From assembly GCF_000619845.1 (NCBI RefSeq), contig NZ_JHUX01000003.1:1510064-1542063 (forward strand): a stretch of 32,000 nucleotides of DNA, in the 5' to 3' direction. Under the pieces are notes generated by a model that searched no databases, was not told the origin of the DNA, and saw only the letters and a program-made list of their open reading frames with translations. The first letter of the stretch is position 1. Every line of letters begins with the position of its first letter. Shown here piece after piece: positions 8,979 to 20,136 of this stretch. The position numbers were made by a program, and so were the translations under genes. Source of the stretch: Alkanindiges illinoisensis DSM 15370 (GTDB lineage: Bacteria > Pseudomonadota > Gammaproteobacteria > Pseudomonadales > Moraxellaceae).

Positions 8979-10358
8979 ATGCGTCCGCTCAGTCCCGTCG
9001 ACTTTATTTTCTTATCACTGGAAAAACGTCAGCAGCCCATGCATGTTGGTGGATTGTTCCTGTTTAAACTTCCTGAAAATGCACCGGCAGATTTTGTGCA
9101 CCAACTGGTGGAAGACATCCGTAATTCCCGGGCAGTTCCGGTTGCGCCATTTAATCAGGTGTTAAATGGCATCTTTTGGGGCGAAGATGAAGAATTTGAC
9201 CTTGACCAGCATTTTCGCCATATCTCATTGCCGCGTCCGGGCCGTATCCGCGAGCTGCTGGTCTATGTTTCACAGGAACACAGTGCACTGATTGACCGCG
9301 CCAAACCCCTATGGGAATGCCATATTATTGAAGGAATTGAAGGCAACCGGTTTGCCATGTTCTTTAAAATGCATCATGCCATGGTGGATGGTGTGGCTGG
9401 TATGCGCCTGCTGGAAAAATCCCTGTCGCATTCACCTACTGAAAACAGCATCGTTCCGCCATGGGCTGTTAAGAACAACAAACTCAAGCGCCCAAAGGCC
9501 AACCCACTTAGCAAGACAGCCAAGCTGGTGCGGGTACTGACTGAACAAATCCAGACCGTGCCAAATCTTAGCCGTGAACTGATCAATACCGTGTTTCAGG
9601 AAATGGGCAGAAACCCGGATTATGTGTCTACCTTTCAGGCACCGCAATGCATTATCAACCAGCCGATCAGTGCCTCACGCCGCTTTGCCGCCCAGTCTTA
9701 TGATCTGGCGCGCTTCCGTAATGTGGCCAAAAAACTGGGTGTGACCATTAATGATGTAGTGCTGGCAGTATGTTCCGGTGCCCTGCGCTCTTATCTGATT
9801 GGCCAGCGTGCCTTGCCGAAAAAGCCACTGGTTGCCATGGTACCCATTTCCCTGCGCACCGATGACAGCCATAGTGGTAACCAGATTTCCATGATTTTGG
9901 CTAATCTGGGTACGCACAAAGGCGATCCGCTGGAGCGTCTGGAAATTATCAAGCGCAGTGTTTTAAATGCCAAAAACCGTTTTGGCCGCATGAAACCCAG
10001 CGAAATTCTGGGTTACAGCGGTCTGGTGTATTCCATGGCTGGCCTGAACCTGCTGTCAGGTGCATTGCCGCGTCATCAGGCCTTTAATCTGGTGATTTCC
10101 AATGTACCAGGGCCACGTGAGCCACTGTACTGGAATGGCGCCCAACTGGATGCGCTCTACCCGGCTTCTGTACTGATGGATGGTCAGGCGCTTAACATTA
10201 CCCTGACCAGCTATATGGATAAACTGGAAGTGGGCATTACGGCTTGCCGTCATGTGTTACCACGGGTGCAAAGTCTGCTGGCGCTGCTGGAAGAAGAAAT
10301 CCAGACGTTTGAACACCTAACCCGCTTTATGGAACATCCTGCCAGCATTAACGTCTAA
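8979..10358 (+). CDS. atfA: Wax ester synthase / acyl-CoA:diacylglycerol acyltransferase (WS/DGAT)
   Basis: MRPLSPVDFIFLSLEKRQQPMHVGGLFLF... and the active-site HHAMVDG are collinear with A. baylyi ADP1 AtfA. The 459-aa length also matches. GGAGAGG lies 6 nt before ATG 8979. Confidence 0.93.
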   Translation: MRPLSPVDFIFLSLEKRQQPMHVGGLFLFKLPENAPADFVHQLVEDIRNSRAVPVAPFNQVLNGIFWGEDEEFDLDQHFRHISLPRPGRIRELLVYVSQEHSALIDRAKPLWECHIIEGIEGNRFAMFFKMHHAMVDGVAGMRLLEKSLSHSPTENSIVPPWAVKNNKLKRPKANPLSKTAKLVRVLTEQIQTVPNLSRELINTVFQEMGRNPDYVSTFQAPQCIINQPISASRRFAAQSYDLARFRNVAKKLGVTINDVVLAVCSGALRSYLIGQRALPKKPLVAMVPISLRTDDSHSGNQISMILANLGTHKGDPLERLEIIKRSVLNAKNRFGRMKPSEILGYSGLVYSMAGLNLLSGALPRHQAFNLVISNVPGPREPLYWNGAQLDALYPASVLMDGQALNITLTSYMDKLEVGITACRHVLPRVQSLLALLEEEIQTFEHLTRFMEHPASINV

Positions 10359-10401
10359 ATATCGTTCTGACCATCTTAAGGATTGCCTTAAAAGAGCCAC
10401 A

Positions 10402-10441
10402 AAAAAAGGTGACTTGATTAAATATCAATGTCACCTTTTTA
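10402..10441. terminator. Bidirectional intrinsic terminator (atfA, and the convergent small ORF)
   Basis: Long stem AAAGGTGAC..TTGAT / ATCAA..GTCACCTTT, flanked by A7 and T5 runs. Confidence 0.8.
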
Positions 10442-10484
10442 ATTCATTCTTTATATAATTTAAATCAAATACTTGAGCTATTTA

Positions 10485-10664
10485 TCAGGATTTATTTTTC
10501 GCTGGCAGATGACAACGTGTCTTTAATTCATGGCAGGCCAGCTTAATCATAGCGTCTGTAATCCTGCACATTTCGCCCTGCTCATTAATGACATAACCTG
10601 CTGCATCACCAGTGGTTAGTCTGGCGCTGCTTAACGTTTCAAACACCTTGCTTTTAGCATTCAT
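10485..10664 (-). CDS. Small conserved-looking hypothetical protein, 59 aa (below the ORF-track length cutoff)
   Basis: My translation is MNAKSKVFETLSSARLTTGDAAGYVINEQGEMCRITDAMIKLACHELKTRCHLPAKNKS*. GAGGTG lies about 6 nt before the ATG. A candidate promoter TTAACG-18-TATACT is upstream, and the shared terminator is downstream. Confidence 0.5.
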   Translation of the reverse strand: MNAKSKVFETLSSARLTTGDAAGYVINEQGEMCRITDAMIKLACHELKTRCHLPAKNKS

Positions 10665-10784
10665 ACCTACACCTCGCTACCAGACATGCCCGTGTCGTTG
10701 GCTCCAGGATTAGTATAAAACTCAAAGTGTGATGGCGTTAAATAAAATACCACCCAATGTGTAAGGACTTATATCATTTTGCGG

Positions 10785-10814
10785 TAAAAAAGGATTCTGA
10801 TAAGCAAAATCCTT
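10785..10814 (-). terminator. Intrinsic terminator after rng
   Basis: On the minus strand: AAGGATT-TTGCTTATCAG-AATCCTT followed by TTTTT. Confidence 0.6.
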
Positions 10815-10879
10815 GTTGTATCTGACACTTTTCAAGCTGGATAAGATGATTAGATTTTAGCTGTTCCGCCAGATAATCC

Positions 10880-12334
10880 TTAACTTAATACAATGTCGTA
10901 TTGCTCTTGCGTATACAGGTTTTCGACCTGAAACTTGATCACACGGTCAATAAAATGTTCCAGATCAGCAACGGCAGTGGCTTCAGTCGACAGTAACCGG
11001 TCAATAATCGCAGGACTGGCCACCACGGTATAACCATTAGGCGCCTGATAAGCCCGTGCCAGCCGCAGTACCTCGCGGAAAATTTCATAGCAGACGGTTT
11101 CAGCGGTTTTCACGTAGCCGCGACCCTGACAGGTCGGGCAGGATTCGCACAGTAAATGCTCCAGCGACTCACGGGTACGCTTGCGGGTCATTTCCACTAA
11201 TCCCAGCTCGGACACTTGCGTGATCTTGGTTTTGGCGTGATCACGTTCCAGCATTTTTTCCAGTGACTTCATCACCTCTTCACGGTGTGCCAGTTCCTGC
11301 ATGTCAATGAAATCAATAATGATAATGCCGCCCAGATTGCGCAGTCGTAACTGGCGGGTAATGGCATGCGTGGCTTCCAGATTGGTTTTAAATACCGTAT
11401 CTTCCAGCGAACGCCCACCCACAAATGAACCCGTATTAACGTCAATGGTGGTCATGGCTTCGGTCTGGTCAATCATCAGATAACCGCCAGACTTCAGCGC
11501 CACCCGGGTTTGCAGTGCTTTTTGCAGGTCATCTTCAACATTGTAGAGGTCAAACAGCGGACGCTCACCAGGATAATGATGCAAACGATCCTGCAAGCCG
11601 GGCACAAACTCATCGACAAATTCGGTCAGTTTGGCATGTACTTCGCGCGAATCCACATAAATCTTGGCGGTTTGTCCGTTAGCCAGATCACGGATGATAC
11701 GTTGTGGTAGTGGTAATTCTTCAAAAATCAGGCCGGGTGCTGCAATCTGCTTTTGGCGTTTCTGGATATATTCCCATAGGCGCGCCAAATAACGCATGTC
11801 CTGTTCAATATCTTCGCGTGCGACCCCTTCCGCTGCAGTACGGACAATCACACTACCCGGCAGCTTATGTTGTGGCTGGATTTCTTCAATTAAAGCCTTT
11901 AAGCGCTCGCGTTCTTCTTCCTGTTCGATACGCTGGCTGATCCCGGTGTGATGACCATACGGCATGAGCACCAGATAACGTGATGGAATGGACAAATCGG
12001 TTGACAGGCGCGCACCCTTGCTGCCCAGCATGTCTTTCATCACCTGTACGGTAATTTGCTGGCCTGCATGTAGGATTTCCATCACATTGGGAATGGGCTG
12101 GTGACGTGGCCAGACCATGTCATTAATATGCAAAAATGCAGTACGCGACAGGCCAATTTCCACAAAAGCAGCCTGCATGCCGGGCAAAACCCGCACCACC
12201 TTACCATTATAGATATTGCCGACCAGACCACGCCGCGCAGTCCGTTCAACAAACAGCTCTTGCACCACGCCATTTTCAATTAACGCAACACGGCACTCCA
12301 TTGGCGTTATATTTATCAAGAGCTCTTCAGACAT
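10880..12334 (-). CDS. rng: Ribonuclease G
   Basis: RNase E/G family N-terminus with an S1 domain (LVGNIYNGKVVRVLPGMQAAFVEIG). 484 aa. Sits downstream of maf, as in other gammaproteobacteria. Confidence 0.92.
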   Translation of the reverse strand: MSEELLINITPMECRVALIENGVVQELFVERTARRGLVGNIYNGKVVRVLPGMQAAFVEIGLSRTAFLHINDMVWPRHQPIPNVMEILHAGQQITVQVMKDMLGSKGARLSTDLSIPSRYLVLMPYGHHTGISQRIEQEEERERLKALIEEIQPQHKLPGSVIVRTAAEGVAREDIEQDMRYLARLWEYIQKRQKQIAAPGLIFEELPLPQRIIRDLANGQTAKIYVDSREVHAKLTEFVDEFVPGLQDRLHHYPGERPLFDLYNVEDDLQKALQTRVALKSGGYLMIDQTEAMTTIDVNTGSFVGGRSLEDTVFKTNLEATHAITRQLRLRNLGGIIIIDFIDMQELAHREEVMKSLEKMLERDHAKTKITQVSELGLVEMTRKRTRESLEHLLCESCPTCQGRGYVKTAETVCYEIFREVLRLARAYQAPNGYTVVASPAIIDRLLSTEATAVADLEHFIDRVIKFQVENLYTQEQYDIVLS

Positions 12335-12354
12335 GAAATTTCCAGCAAACAGGT

Positions 12355-12921
12355 TTAATGGTTTATAGATTGAATTTCTTTCAGTAAATCGAGTGTTTCA
12401 AACAAGGGTAATCCTACCACATTGCTATAGCTGCCATGGATTTTTGGAATGAACGCAGCGCCCAGTCCCTGAATGGCATAGCCTCCTGCTTTCCCAATCG
12501 GCTCTCCGGTGTGCCAGTAAGCCTGCATGTCCGCCAGACTTAATCGCGCAAAATGCACTTCTGTGGTTACGCGGCGATGTAATACAGTTTGGTTTCGGGC
12601 AACAGCCACGCCAGTCATCACAAAATGGTCACGACCAGACAAACGCTGCCACATGGCAAAGGCATCTGCCTGATCCTGCGGTTTGCCCAGAATTTTTCCA
12701 TCAATGGTTACCGTGGTATCAGCCGCAATCACAATGGTATCGGCTGGCAGGTGAGGAATAGCTGCTTGTGCCTTTTGAATGGCAAGGCGCACTACATAAT
12801 CGGCAGGTGCTTCATGCAGATGCGGACTTTCATCAATCTCAAATACCTGCACTGTGAATCCTACGCCAACCTGCTCTAACAGTTCTTTACGTCGTGGTGA
12901 CCCTGAAGCCAGAACAATCAT
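12355..12921 (-). CDS. maf: Maf-like nucleoside triphosphate pyrophosphatase
   Basis: MIVLASGSPRRKELLEQ motif. 188 aa. Conserved position after mreD. AGGA lies 7 nt upstream of the start. Confidence 0.9.
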   Translation of the reverse strand: MIVLASGSPRRKELLEQVGVGFTVQVFEIDESPHLHEAPADYVVRLAIQKAQAAIPHLPADTIVIAADTTVTIDGKILGKPQDQADAFAMWQRLSGRDHFVMTGVAVARNQTVLHRRVTTEVHFARLSLADMQAYWHTGEPIGKAGGYAIQGLGAAFIPKIHGSYSNVVGLPLFETLDLLKEIQSINH

Positions 12922-13015
12922 TGCTAGTTCCTAAAAAGTTTTTGACTATCCCAAGTGCTGTTTTACGCCAACAGCCGGGCTATATCCAGCTCGTTACAAC
13001 TTGGATATTGAACCG

Positions 13016-13537
13016 CTAGGCTCGCCAGCGCCGTAATATTAGATAAATTAGTGGCCACAGGGCCATACTGCTCCACAAAGGCCGCCAGTGCTTGATAATT
13101 GGAAACTGGATATTGGCCATTTTCTGGAAAAACAGTTGAATCAACAAATGCAGGAAAACGGCAACGGCTGCAATAATCCACAGGTTACCGAAAGTTAAAA
13201 TGCGCTGGTTACGGGTAAAGTAGCGTGCCAAAAACGCAATAATGACAAAGCTGAGCGCATACTGGCCCAGTATCGCATCCATCATAAAATCAGTAGCCAC
13301 GCCTAGGCTAAAAGCAAACCAAATCCCACACCAGGCCGGCTGACACAGCACCCAGAACAGCATAATCAGCAGGAAAAACAGTGGACGCCAGGAGGCTATA
13401 TCATACGGCAAAGGATAAACCATCAGCACCGAAGCCACCACGATACTGACAATAATGGCGATTAGTGGATCAGGTGACTGGCTGCCGCCACCCAGCGTAC
13501 GGCCACTTAAGCGGCGGCCAAACTCAAGAAGTGGCAT
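13016..13537 (-). CDS. mreD: Rod shape-determining protein MreD
   Basis: Polytopic hydrophobic 173-aa protein directly after mreC, overlapping it by 14 nt. GGAG lies 6 nt upstream of the start. Confidence 0.8.
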   Translation of the reverse strand: MPLLEFGRRLSGRTLGGGSQSPDPLIAIIVSIVVASVLMVYPLPYDIASWRPLFFLLIMLFWVLCQPAWCGIWFAFSLGVATDFMMDAILGQYALSFVIIAFLARYFTRNQRILTFGNLWIIAAVAVFLHLLIQLFFQKMANIQFPIIKHWRPLWSSMALWPLIYLILRRWRA

Positions 13538-14381
13538 AGGGTTGCTCCAGGGCTAAAGGCTCGGAAAACAGCACCACCACATGATGTCCGCCTTCAAGTT
13601 GTGCCAGAGGCTTGACATCAATGCTGGCAAATTCACCGGCACCATGCCGGGCAATGGCAGTGACCATGCCCACCGGATAACCGGCTGGAAACTGCTCACC
13701 CAAACCTGAGCTGATTAACCGGTCACCAACCTTGATATCTGCCGTGTTAGGCACGTATTGCATGGCCAGACGCCCACTATCGCCAGTACCCGCCACAATA
13801 CCACGCATGCCGGTCCGTTCAATCCGCACCGAAATGGCGTGCTCCTTGTCTGATAGCAGCATCACCCGAGCACTGTGCGGATAAACATCAATCACCTGCC
13901 CCATAATGCCCTTGTCATCCAGAATGGTCTGGCCGGTTTTAACCTGCTCAAGGCGGCCCTTGTTGATAATTAGAATCTGGCGCAACGGATCGGTATCTGT
14001 ACCAATCACCTCACTGATCAGCATGCGGCCATCAATAATCAGCGGGGTATTCAGCAAGCCACGCAGGCGAGTATTTTCAGCAGACAGTTCAGACAGTTTT
14101 TGCAGACGCACACGGTTTTGTAGCAGCTCGGCACGTATGGCCGTATTTTCGCGCCGTAGCTGATCTTCTGACTTGCTTTGCTGGCGAAACCAGTCACCGG
14201 ACAGTACCGGATAGCTGGCTAGTGCATAAATCGGGTTAAATGCACGGTGCACCAGACTGCGCACTGGCGTTACATAGTCCTCATAGCGCCAGTTGATGAA
14301 AATCAGGACAAAACAGGCAATCAGTGCCAGCGTAAAAGAACGGATCGCTGGCGGCTGACGGCTGAAAATATTGGACTGCAC
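13524..14381 (-). CDS. mreC: Rod shape-determining protein MreC
   Basis: N-terminal TM segment, a coiled-coil (ENTRLRGLL), and a C-terminal beta domain. Lies between mreB and mreD. The start codon at 14381 is GTG. Confidence 0.88.
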   Translation of the reverse strand: MQSNIFSRQPPAIRSFTLALIACFVLIFINWRYEDYVTPVRSLVHRAFNPIYALASYPVLSGDWFRQQSKSEDQLRRENTAIRAELLQNRVRLQKLSELSAENTRLRGLLNTPLIIDGRMLISEVIGTDTDPLRQILIINKGRLEQVKTGQTILDDKGIMGQVIDVYPHSARVMLLSDKEHAISVRIERTGMRGIVAGTGDSGRLAMQYVPNTADIKVGDRLISSGLGEQFPAGYPVGMVTAIARHGAGEFASIDVKPLAQLEGGHHVVVLFSEPLALEQPYATS

Positions 14382-14413
14382 CGAACCGCCTTTAGACTTA
14401 AAAAATGATTACT

Positions 14414-14510
14414 GTGGTTCGACAAGCTCACCAACCGTGGTTCCTGAGCTTGCCGAAGAATGGTTCGACACGTCCCCTGAGCCTGCCGAAGGGTGGTTCC
14501 TGAGCTTATA
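14414..14510. repeat. REP-like composite repeat cluster in the mreB-mreC spacer
   Basis: GTGGTTCCTGAGCTT occurs at 14437-14451 and 14493-14507 (15/15). TGGTTCGACA occurs at 14415-14424 and 14461-14470. CTGAGCYTGCCGAAG occurs at 14444-14458 and 14477-14491 (14/15). TTCGACAAGCTCA (14418-14430) is the 12/13 reverse complement of TGAGCTTGCCGAA (14444-14456). Confidence 0.75.
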
Positions 14511-14578
14511 GTTTGACAAGATCAAGAACCATTGAAGGACAACAGCCATCTTTGAATAGCAGCCTTTATCTTGTCAAA
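14511..14578. repeat. 11-bp perfect inverted repeat enclosing a 46-nt loop, just downstream of mreB
   Basis: TTTGACAAGAT (14511-14521) / ATCTTGTCAAA (14568-14578). Confidence 0.7.
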
Positions 14579-14616
14579 AGACCTTGTTTATCAAAGAAAT
14601 AAAGTACTAAAAATCC

Positions 14617-15714
<1,098 letters not shown>

Positions 15715-15814
15715 TTAACGAAATGCTATTATTTAGACAAGCCATTTGGACAAGTCGGCATCTTGTGATAACGTGCCGCAATTATACTTTTTATGATGAT
15801 GCAGGTGTGCTTTT

Positions 15815-16129
15815 ATGTCAGCAAACACAAGCCAAACCGACAACACATTAACCGCACATGACGTTGAAAAAATTGCCATATTAAGCCGTCTGGCCATTGA
15901 TGACAGCAAGGCAACTGCCTATGCAGCGAGCCTCAATAAAATCCTGTCCCTGATGCAGGCATTGCAGGCCATTGATACCACGGATGTTGAGCCGCTTAAA
16001 AGCCCGTTTGATCATCCACAGCCATTGCGTGACGACATCGTGGCCGAGCCAAATCGCCGTGACGATTATCAGGCCGTAGCCCCGGCCACCCAGGATGGCC
16101 TGTATCTGGTGCCGCGCGTTATTGAGTAA
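15815..16129 (+). CDS. gatC: Asp/Glu-tRNA amidotransferase subunit C
   Basis: 104 aa, immediately upstream of gatA and gatB. AGGTG SD present. Divergent from mreB, as in Pseudomonas and Acinetobacter. Confidence 0.9.
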   Translation: MSANTSQTDNTLTAHDVEKIAILSRLAIDDSKATAYAASLNKILSLMQALQAIDTTDVEPLKSPFDHPQPLRDDIVAEPNRRDDYQAVAPATQDGLYLVPRVIE

Positions 16130-16225
16130 CCACTGGCTGAGTAATCGTTGAATAGGGCCAAAAATCAGGCTTTTTGCTGCAATGGATTTCTTATTTTTTC
16201 TTTAACAAAATATATCTGAATCATT

Positions 16226-17776
16226 ATGACCGACCATTCTTCGTCTGAACTGCATCAGCTCAGTGTACGCCAACTTGGTGAGGGCCTTGCTGCCAAAAAG
16301 TTTTCATCCGTTGAGCTGACCCAGCATTATTTACAGCGTATTGCTACCATTGATCCACAGCTCAACAGCTATGTTACTGTCACCAATGAACTGGCACTCG
16401 CACAAGCACAAGCCGCTGATCAGGCACGCGCTACTGGCACGGCAGGCATCCTGACTGGCATTCCGCTGGCGCACAAGGACATTTTTTGCACCCAAGGCAT
16501 TAAGACCACTGCCGGCTCCAAAATGCTGGGCGACCCAAAAAATCCATTTATTGCACCCTACAATGCCACCGTAGTTGAAAAATGCCTGAATGCCGGACTG
16601 GTTACGCTGGGCAAGGTCAACATGGACGAATTTGCCATGGGTTCCAGCAATGAAAATTCATTTTATGGGGCCACCAAAAACCCGTGGAGTTTTGACCGGG
16701 TGCCCGGTGGCTCATCTGGTGGTTCAGCCGCCGCTATTGCCGCAGACCTGACACCGCTGGCAACCGGCACCGATACCGGCGGTTCCATTCGCCAGCCTGC
16801 CTCGTTTTGTGGCTTAACCGGCATCAAGCCAACTTATGGCCGGATTTCACGTTTTGGCATGATTGCTTATGCTTCCAGTTTTGATCAGGCTGGCCCCATG
16901 GCACGTTCTGCCGAAGACTGTGCTTATCTGCTGCAAGTCATGTCGGGTCACGATGCCAAGGACTCGACCAGTGTTGACCGTCCAGTTGATGACTATGTTG
17001 CTGAGCTAAATCAGGGCGCTGACTTAAACCAGCCATTGAAAGGCCTGCGTATTGGCCTGCCACGCCAGTACTTTGGTCACAATGGTTTAAACAGTGAAGT
17101 GCAAAGCCGTATTGATGCAGCGCTGCAACAACTACAACAGCTCGGTGCCATAATGGTGGATATTGATCTTGACACCACTGATGCGGCCATTCCTGCCTAT
17201 TACCTGTTGGCTCCGGCAGAAGCATCCAGCAACCTGTCGCGTTATGATGGTGTGCGCTATGGCTATCGCTGTGAAAACCCCACTGACCTGACCGACCTGT
17301 ATAGCCGTTCGCGCGCTGAAGGTTTTGGCGATGAAGTACAGCGCCGGATTTTAATTGGCACCTATGCCCTGTCTGCCGGTTACTACGATGCCTATTATGT
17401 GAAAGCACAAAAAGTGCGTCGCCTGATTCAGCAGGACTTTTTACGTGCCTTTGCACAGGTTGATGTGATTGCCGGGCCAACAGCACCCAGCACCGCCTAC
17501 CAGATTGGTGAAAACCTTGATCCAGTGAGCATGTATCTGGGTGATATTTATACCATTGCCGTGAATCTTGCTGGTTTGCCGGCCATTAGTGCGCCAGTTG
17601 GCTTTGATGACAACAAGCTACCTGTGGGGCTGCAACTCATTGGCCCGTATTGGTCTGAAAGCAAACTGTTATCCATTGTTCATCAGTATCAGCAGCACAC
17701 TGACTGGCACCTGCAACGCTCACCGCTGATTGCTGCCCAGCTCAACAGCGCAGCAAGTGCACAGGAGAACGCATAA
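16226..17776 (+). CDS. gatA: Asp/Glu-tRNA amidotransferase subunit A (amidase signature)
   Basis: Amidase signature [12 protein letters not shown]...[12 protein letters not shown]. The stop overlaps the gatB start (TAATG at 17774-17778). Confidence 0.93.
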   Translation: MTDHSSSELHQLSVRQLGEGLAAKKFSSVELTQHYLQRIATIDPQLNSYVTVTNELALAQAQAADQARATGTAGILTGIPLAHKDIFCTQGIKTTAGSKMLGDPKNPFIAPYNATVVEKCLNAGLVTLGKVNMDEFAMGSSNENSFYGATKNPWSFDRVPGGSSGGSAAAIAADLTPLATGTDTGGSIRQPASFCGLTGIKPTYGRISRFGMIAYASSFDQAGPMARSAEDCAYLLQVMSGHDAKDSTSVDRPVDDYVAELNQGADLNQPLKGLRIGLPRQYFGHNGLNSEVQSRIDAALQQLQQLGAIMVDIDLDTTDAAIPAYYLLAPAEASSNLSRYDGVRYGYRCENPTDLTDLYSRSRAEGFGDEVQRRILIGTYALSAGYYDAYYVKAQKVRRLIQQDFLRAFAQVDVIAGPTAPSTAYQIGENLDPVSMYLGDIYTIAVNLAGLPAISAPVGFDDNKLPVGLQLIGPYWSESKLLSIVHQYQQHTDWHLQRSPLIAAQLNSAASAQENA

Positions 17777-19275
17777 TGACGCAAGCAACTGCCCAATCTA
17801 TTACAAATCAATCCAGTGCAAAATCCAAACTAGTGCATGGCTGGGAAGTGGTCATTGGCCTTGAAATCCATTGCCAGCTCAATACCAACAGCAAGATTTT
17901 TTCCGGCGCCTCCACCACATTTGGTGCCGAACCCAATACGCAAGCCAGCCTGATTGACCTGGCCCTGCCCGGTGTATTGCCAGTGTTGAACCGTGAAGTG
18001 GTTAATAAAGCCATCCGGTTTGGCTTAGGTATTGATGCTGAAATTGGCCGCGCCTCGGTATTTGCCCGTAAAAACTATTTTTATCCCGATTTGCCTAAAG
18101 GCTACCAGATTAGCCAAATGGATCATCCGATTGTAGGCAAGGGTTTTGTCGACATCACGCTGGATGATGGCAGCACCAAACGCATCGGGGTCACCCGGGC
18201 GCATCTGGAAGAAGATGCCGGTAAATCACTGCACGAAGATTTTGCCGGTATGACCGGAATCGACTTAAACCGTGCCGGAACTCCGCTGCTTGAAATTGTG
18301 TCCGAACCGGACATGCGTTCGGCTGAGGAAGCCGTAGCCTATGTGCGCACCATTCATGCGCTGGTGCGCTGGCTGGGCATTAGCGATGGCAACATGGCCG
18401 AAGGTTCGTTCCGGTGTGACTGTAACGTGTCCATCCGCCAGCCGGGTGATGAATACGGTACCCGCTGCGAGCTAAAAAATATCAACTCTTTCCGCTTCAT
18501 TGAACGTGCCATTGATGCTGAAGTGGAACGCCAGATTGATCTGATTGAAAGTGGCGGCCGTGTGATTCAAGCCACGCGCTTGTACGATCCCAACAAAAAT
18601 GAAACCCGCAGCATGCGCTCCAAGGAAGAAGCCAACGACTACCGTTACTTCCCTGATCCTGACCTGCTGCCTGTCGAAATTTCTGAAGCACAAATTGAGC
18701 AAATCCGTGCTGAATTGCCAGAGCTTCCAGTGGCTCGCCGTGAGCGTTTTATCAGCTATTACCAATTACCGGAATATGATGCCCGTGTCCTCACAGGTTC
18801 GCGTGATCTGGCCGATTTCTATGAAGCCACCGTGCAAGCCGCTGGTGGTGAAAAACAGGCCAAGCAATCGGCCAACTGGGTGATGGGTGATGTGCTGGGT
18901 AGCTTAAACAAAGCTGAAAAAGACATTACCGAGTCCCCAATTAGCCCGCAACAACTGGGTGGCCTGATTGCCCGCATTGTGGATAACACCATTAGCGGCA
19001 AAATTGCCAAACAGGTGTTTGCCGAAATGTTTGCGGGCACTGGACAAACGGCCGACCAGATCATTGAAGCCAAGGGCCTCAAGCAGGAAACCGATACAGG
19101 TGCCATTGAAGCCATTATTAAGGAAGTACTCGCTGCCAATGGAAACATGGTGGCTGAATATAAATCCGGCAAGGAAAAGGCTTTTAATGGCTTGGTAGGT
19201 CAAGTGATGAAAGCCTCCAAAGGCAAGGCCAATCCGGCACAAGTGAATCAGTTGATGAAGCAATTGCTGGGTTAA
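17776..19275 (+). CDS. gatB: Asp/Glu-tRNA amidotransferase subunit B
   Basis: [15 protein letters not shown]...[13 protein letters not shown] are conserved GatB motifs. A C-terminal YqeY-like tail is present. Confidence 0.93.
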   Translation: MTQATAQSITNQSSAKSKLVHGWEVVIGLEIHCQLNTNSKIFSGASTTFGAEPNTQASLIDLALPGVLPVLNREVVNKAIRFGLGIDAEIGRASVFARKNYFYPDLPKGYQISQMDHPIVGKGFVDITLDDGSTKRIGVTRAHLEEDAGKSLHEDFAGMTGIDLNRAGTPLLEIVSEPDMRSAEEAVAYVRTIHALVRWLGISDGNMAEGSFRCDCNVSIRQPGDEYGTRCELKNINSFRFIERAIDAEVERQIDLIESGGRVIQATRLYDPNKNETRSMRSKEEANDYRYFPDPDLLPVEISEAQIEQIRAELPELPVARRERFISYYQLPEYDARVLTGSRDLADFYEATVQAAGGEKQAKQSANWVMGDVLGSLNKAEKDITESPISPQQLGGLIARIVDNTISGKIAKQVFAEMFAGTGQTADQIIEAKGLKQETDTGAIEAIIKEVLAANGNMVAEYKSGKEKAFNGLVGQVMKASKGKANPAQVNQLMKQLLG

Positions 19276-19299
19276 GTCTTTATCGTTTTCTATGTTTTT

Positions 19300-19337
19300 A
19301 AAAAGGCCATGTTCATTGATGAGCATGGCTTTTTTTG
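19300..19337 (+). terminator. Intrinsic terminator after gatB
   Basis: 9-bp stem GCCATGTTC / GAGCATGGC (one G-U pair) with a 6-nt loop and a T7 run. Confidence 0.85.
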
Positions 19338-19451
19338 TTTTTATCCTGATAAAATTTTAAAACTCACCTGGATAATTTAATTGACTTTGTAACCCAAAAA
19401 ATGAAGAATGCGCGCGTCAAATTCTGACTATAAATCATTAGGTAAATATAA

Positions 19452-20078
19452 ATGTTGAAGCAGCTATCTTTGCTTACCCTAACACTGATTACAACAAGTT
19501 CTTTTGCCGCAACGTTACAGTATCAACCCTTTGTTGATCTGGGTATCGGCCAAACTACCGTCAAAAATTTTTGTGATGGGCTGGAAGACGCACCTGTCAG
19601 TTGTGATGACAAAGACACCACTTTCCGCATTGGCGGCGGCCTGATGTTTAATGACAACATTAGTGCTGAATTAACCTACCTGAATTTTGGTAAGGCTACC
19701 GTTAACGGTTCACTGCCTGGCATCATCACTGCACAAGCTGAAGCCAAGATTTCTGCCATTGCATTACAGGTGGGAGCTTATGCACCACTAAACCCTCAGT
19801 TTAGCGTTTATGGCAAGCTAGGGCCTGCTGTAGTTAATGGTGAATTTAAAACCCAGATTATTGATTACACGGGTTATGTAGGTAGCGAAAATACTGAAGA
19901 AAGTGACTCACAGGTTGAAGCACTATTCACTGTCGGCGCCAGCTATCAATTCTCGCCTGCCCTGTCTGCTAATCTTCAACTGGATTATATTCCTCAGGTT
20001 GGCGATGATGATGAAGAAGAAGGTAGCGATCAGCTCGACCTTCAGACTTTTACACTGGGCCTGAAATATAAGTTCTAA
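19452..20078 (+). CDS. Small outer-membrane beta-barrel protein (OmpA-N/OmpW-like porin family)
   Basis: Signal peptide ...TTSSFA|ATLQ. Alternating beta-strand pattern. Terminal ...LGLKYKF. Acidic loop GDDDEEEGSD. AGGTAA SD present. Confidence 0.6.
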   Translation: MLKQLSLLTLTLITTSSFAATLQYQPFVDLGIGQTTVKNFCDGLEDAPVSCDDKDTTFRIGGGLMFNDNISAELTYLNFGKATVNGSLPGIITAQAEAKISAIALQVGAYAPLNPQFSVYGKLGPAVVNGEFKTQIIDYTGYVGSENTEESDSQVEALFTVGASYQFSPALSANLQLDYIPQVGDDDEEEGSDQLDLQTFTLGLKYKF

Positions 20079-20107
20079 GTCAGTTTAACTATAAGTTATC
20101 CATATAA

Positions 20108-20136
20108 AACACTGCTCCTAGTGAGCAGTTTTTTTA
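20108..20136 (+). terminator. Intrinsic terminator after the OM beta-barrel gene
   Basis: ACTGCTC / GAGCAGT with a 5-nt loop and a T7 run. Confidence 0.8.

Noticed and set aside
12963-13181. 72-aa minus-strand ORF reaching into the mreD-maf gap.
   Set aside because: It mostly overlaps the mreD 3' end in another frame. There is no SD, and mreD already accounts for the region.
16938-17486. 182-aa minus-strand ORF inside gatA, plus the 140-aa, 117-aa and other minus-strand ORFs inside gatB (18123-19326).
   Set aside because: They are antisense to conserved amidotransferase subunits and have no independent signals.
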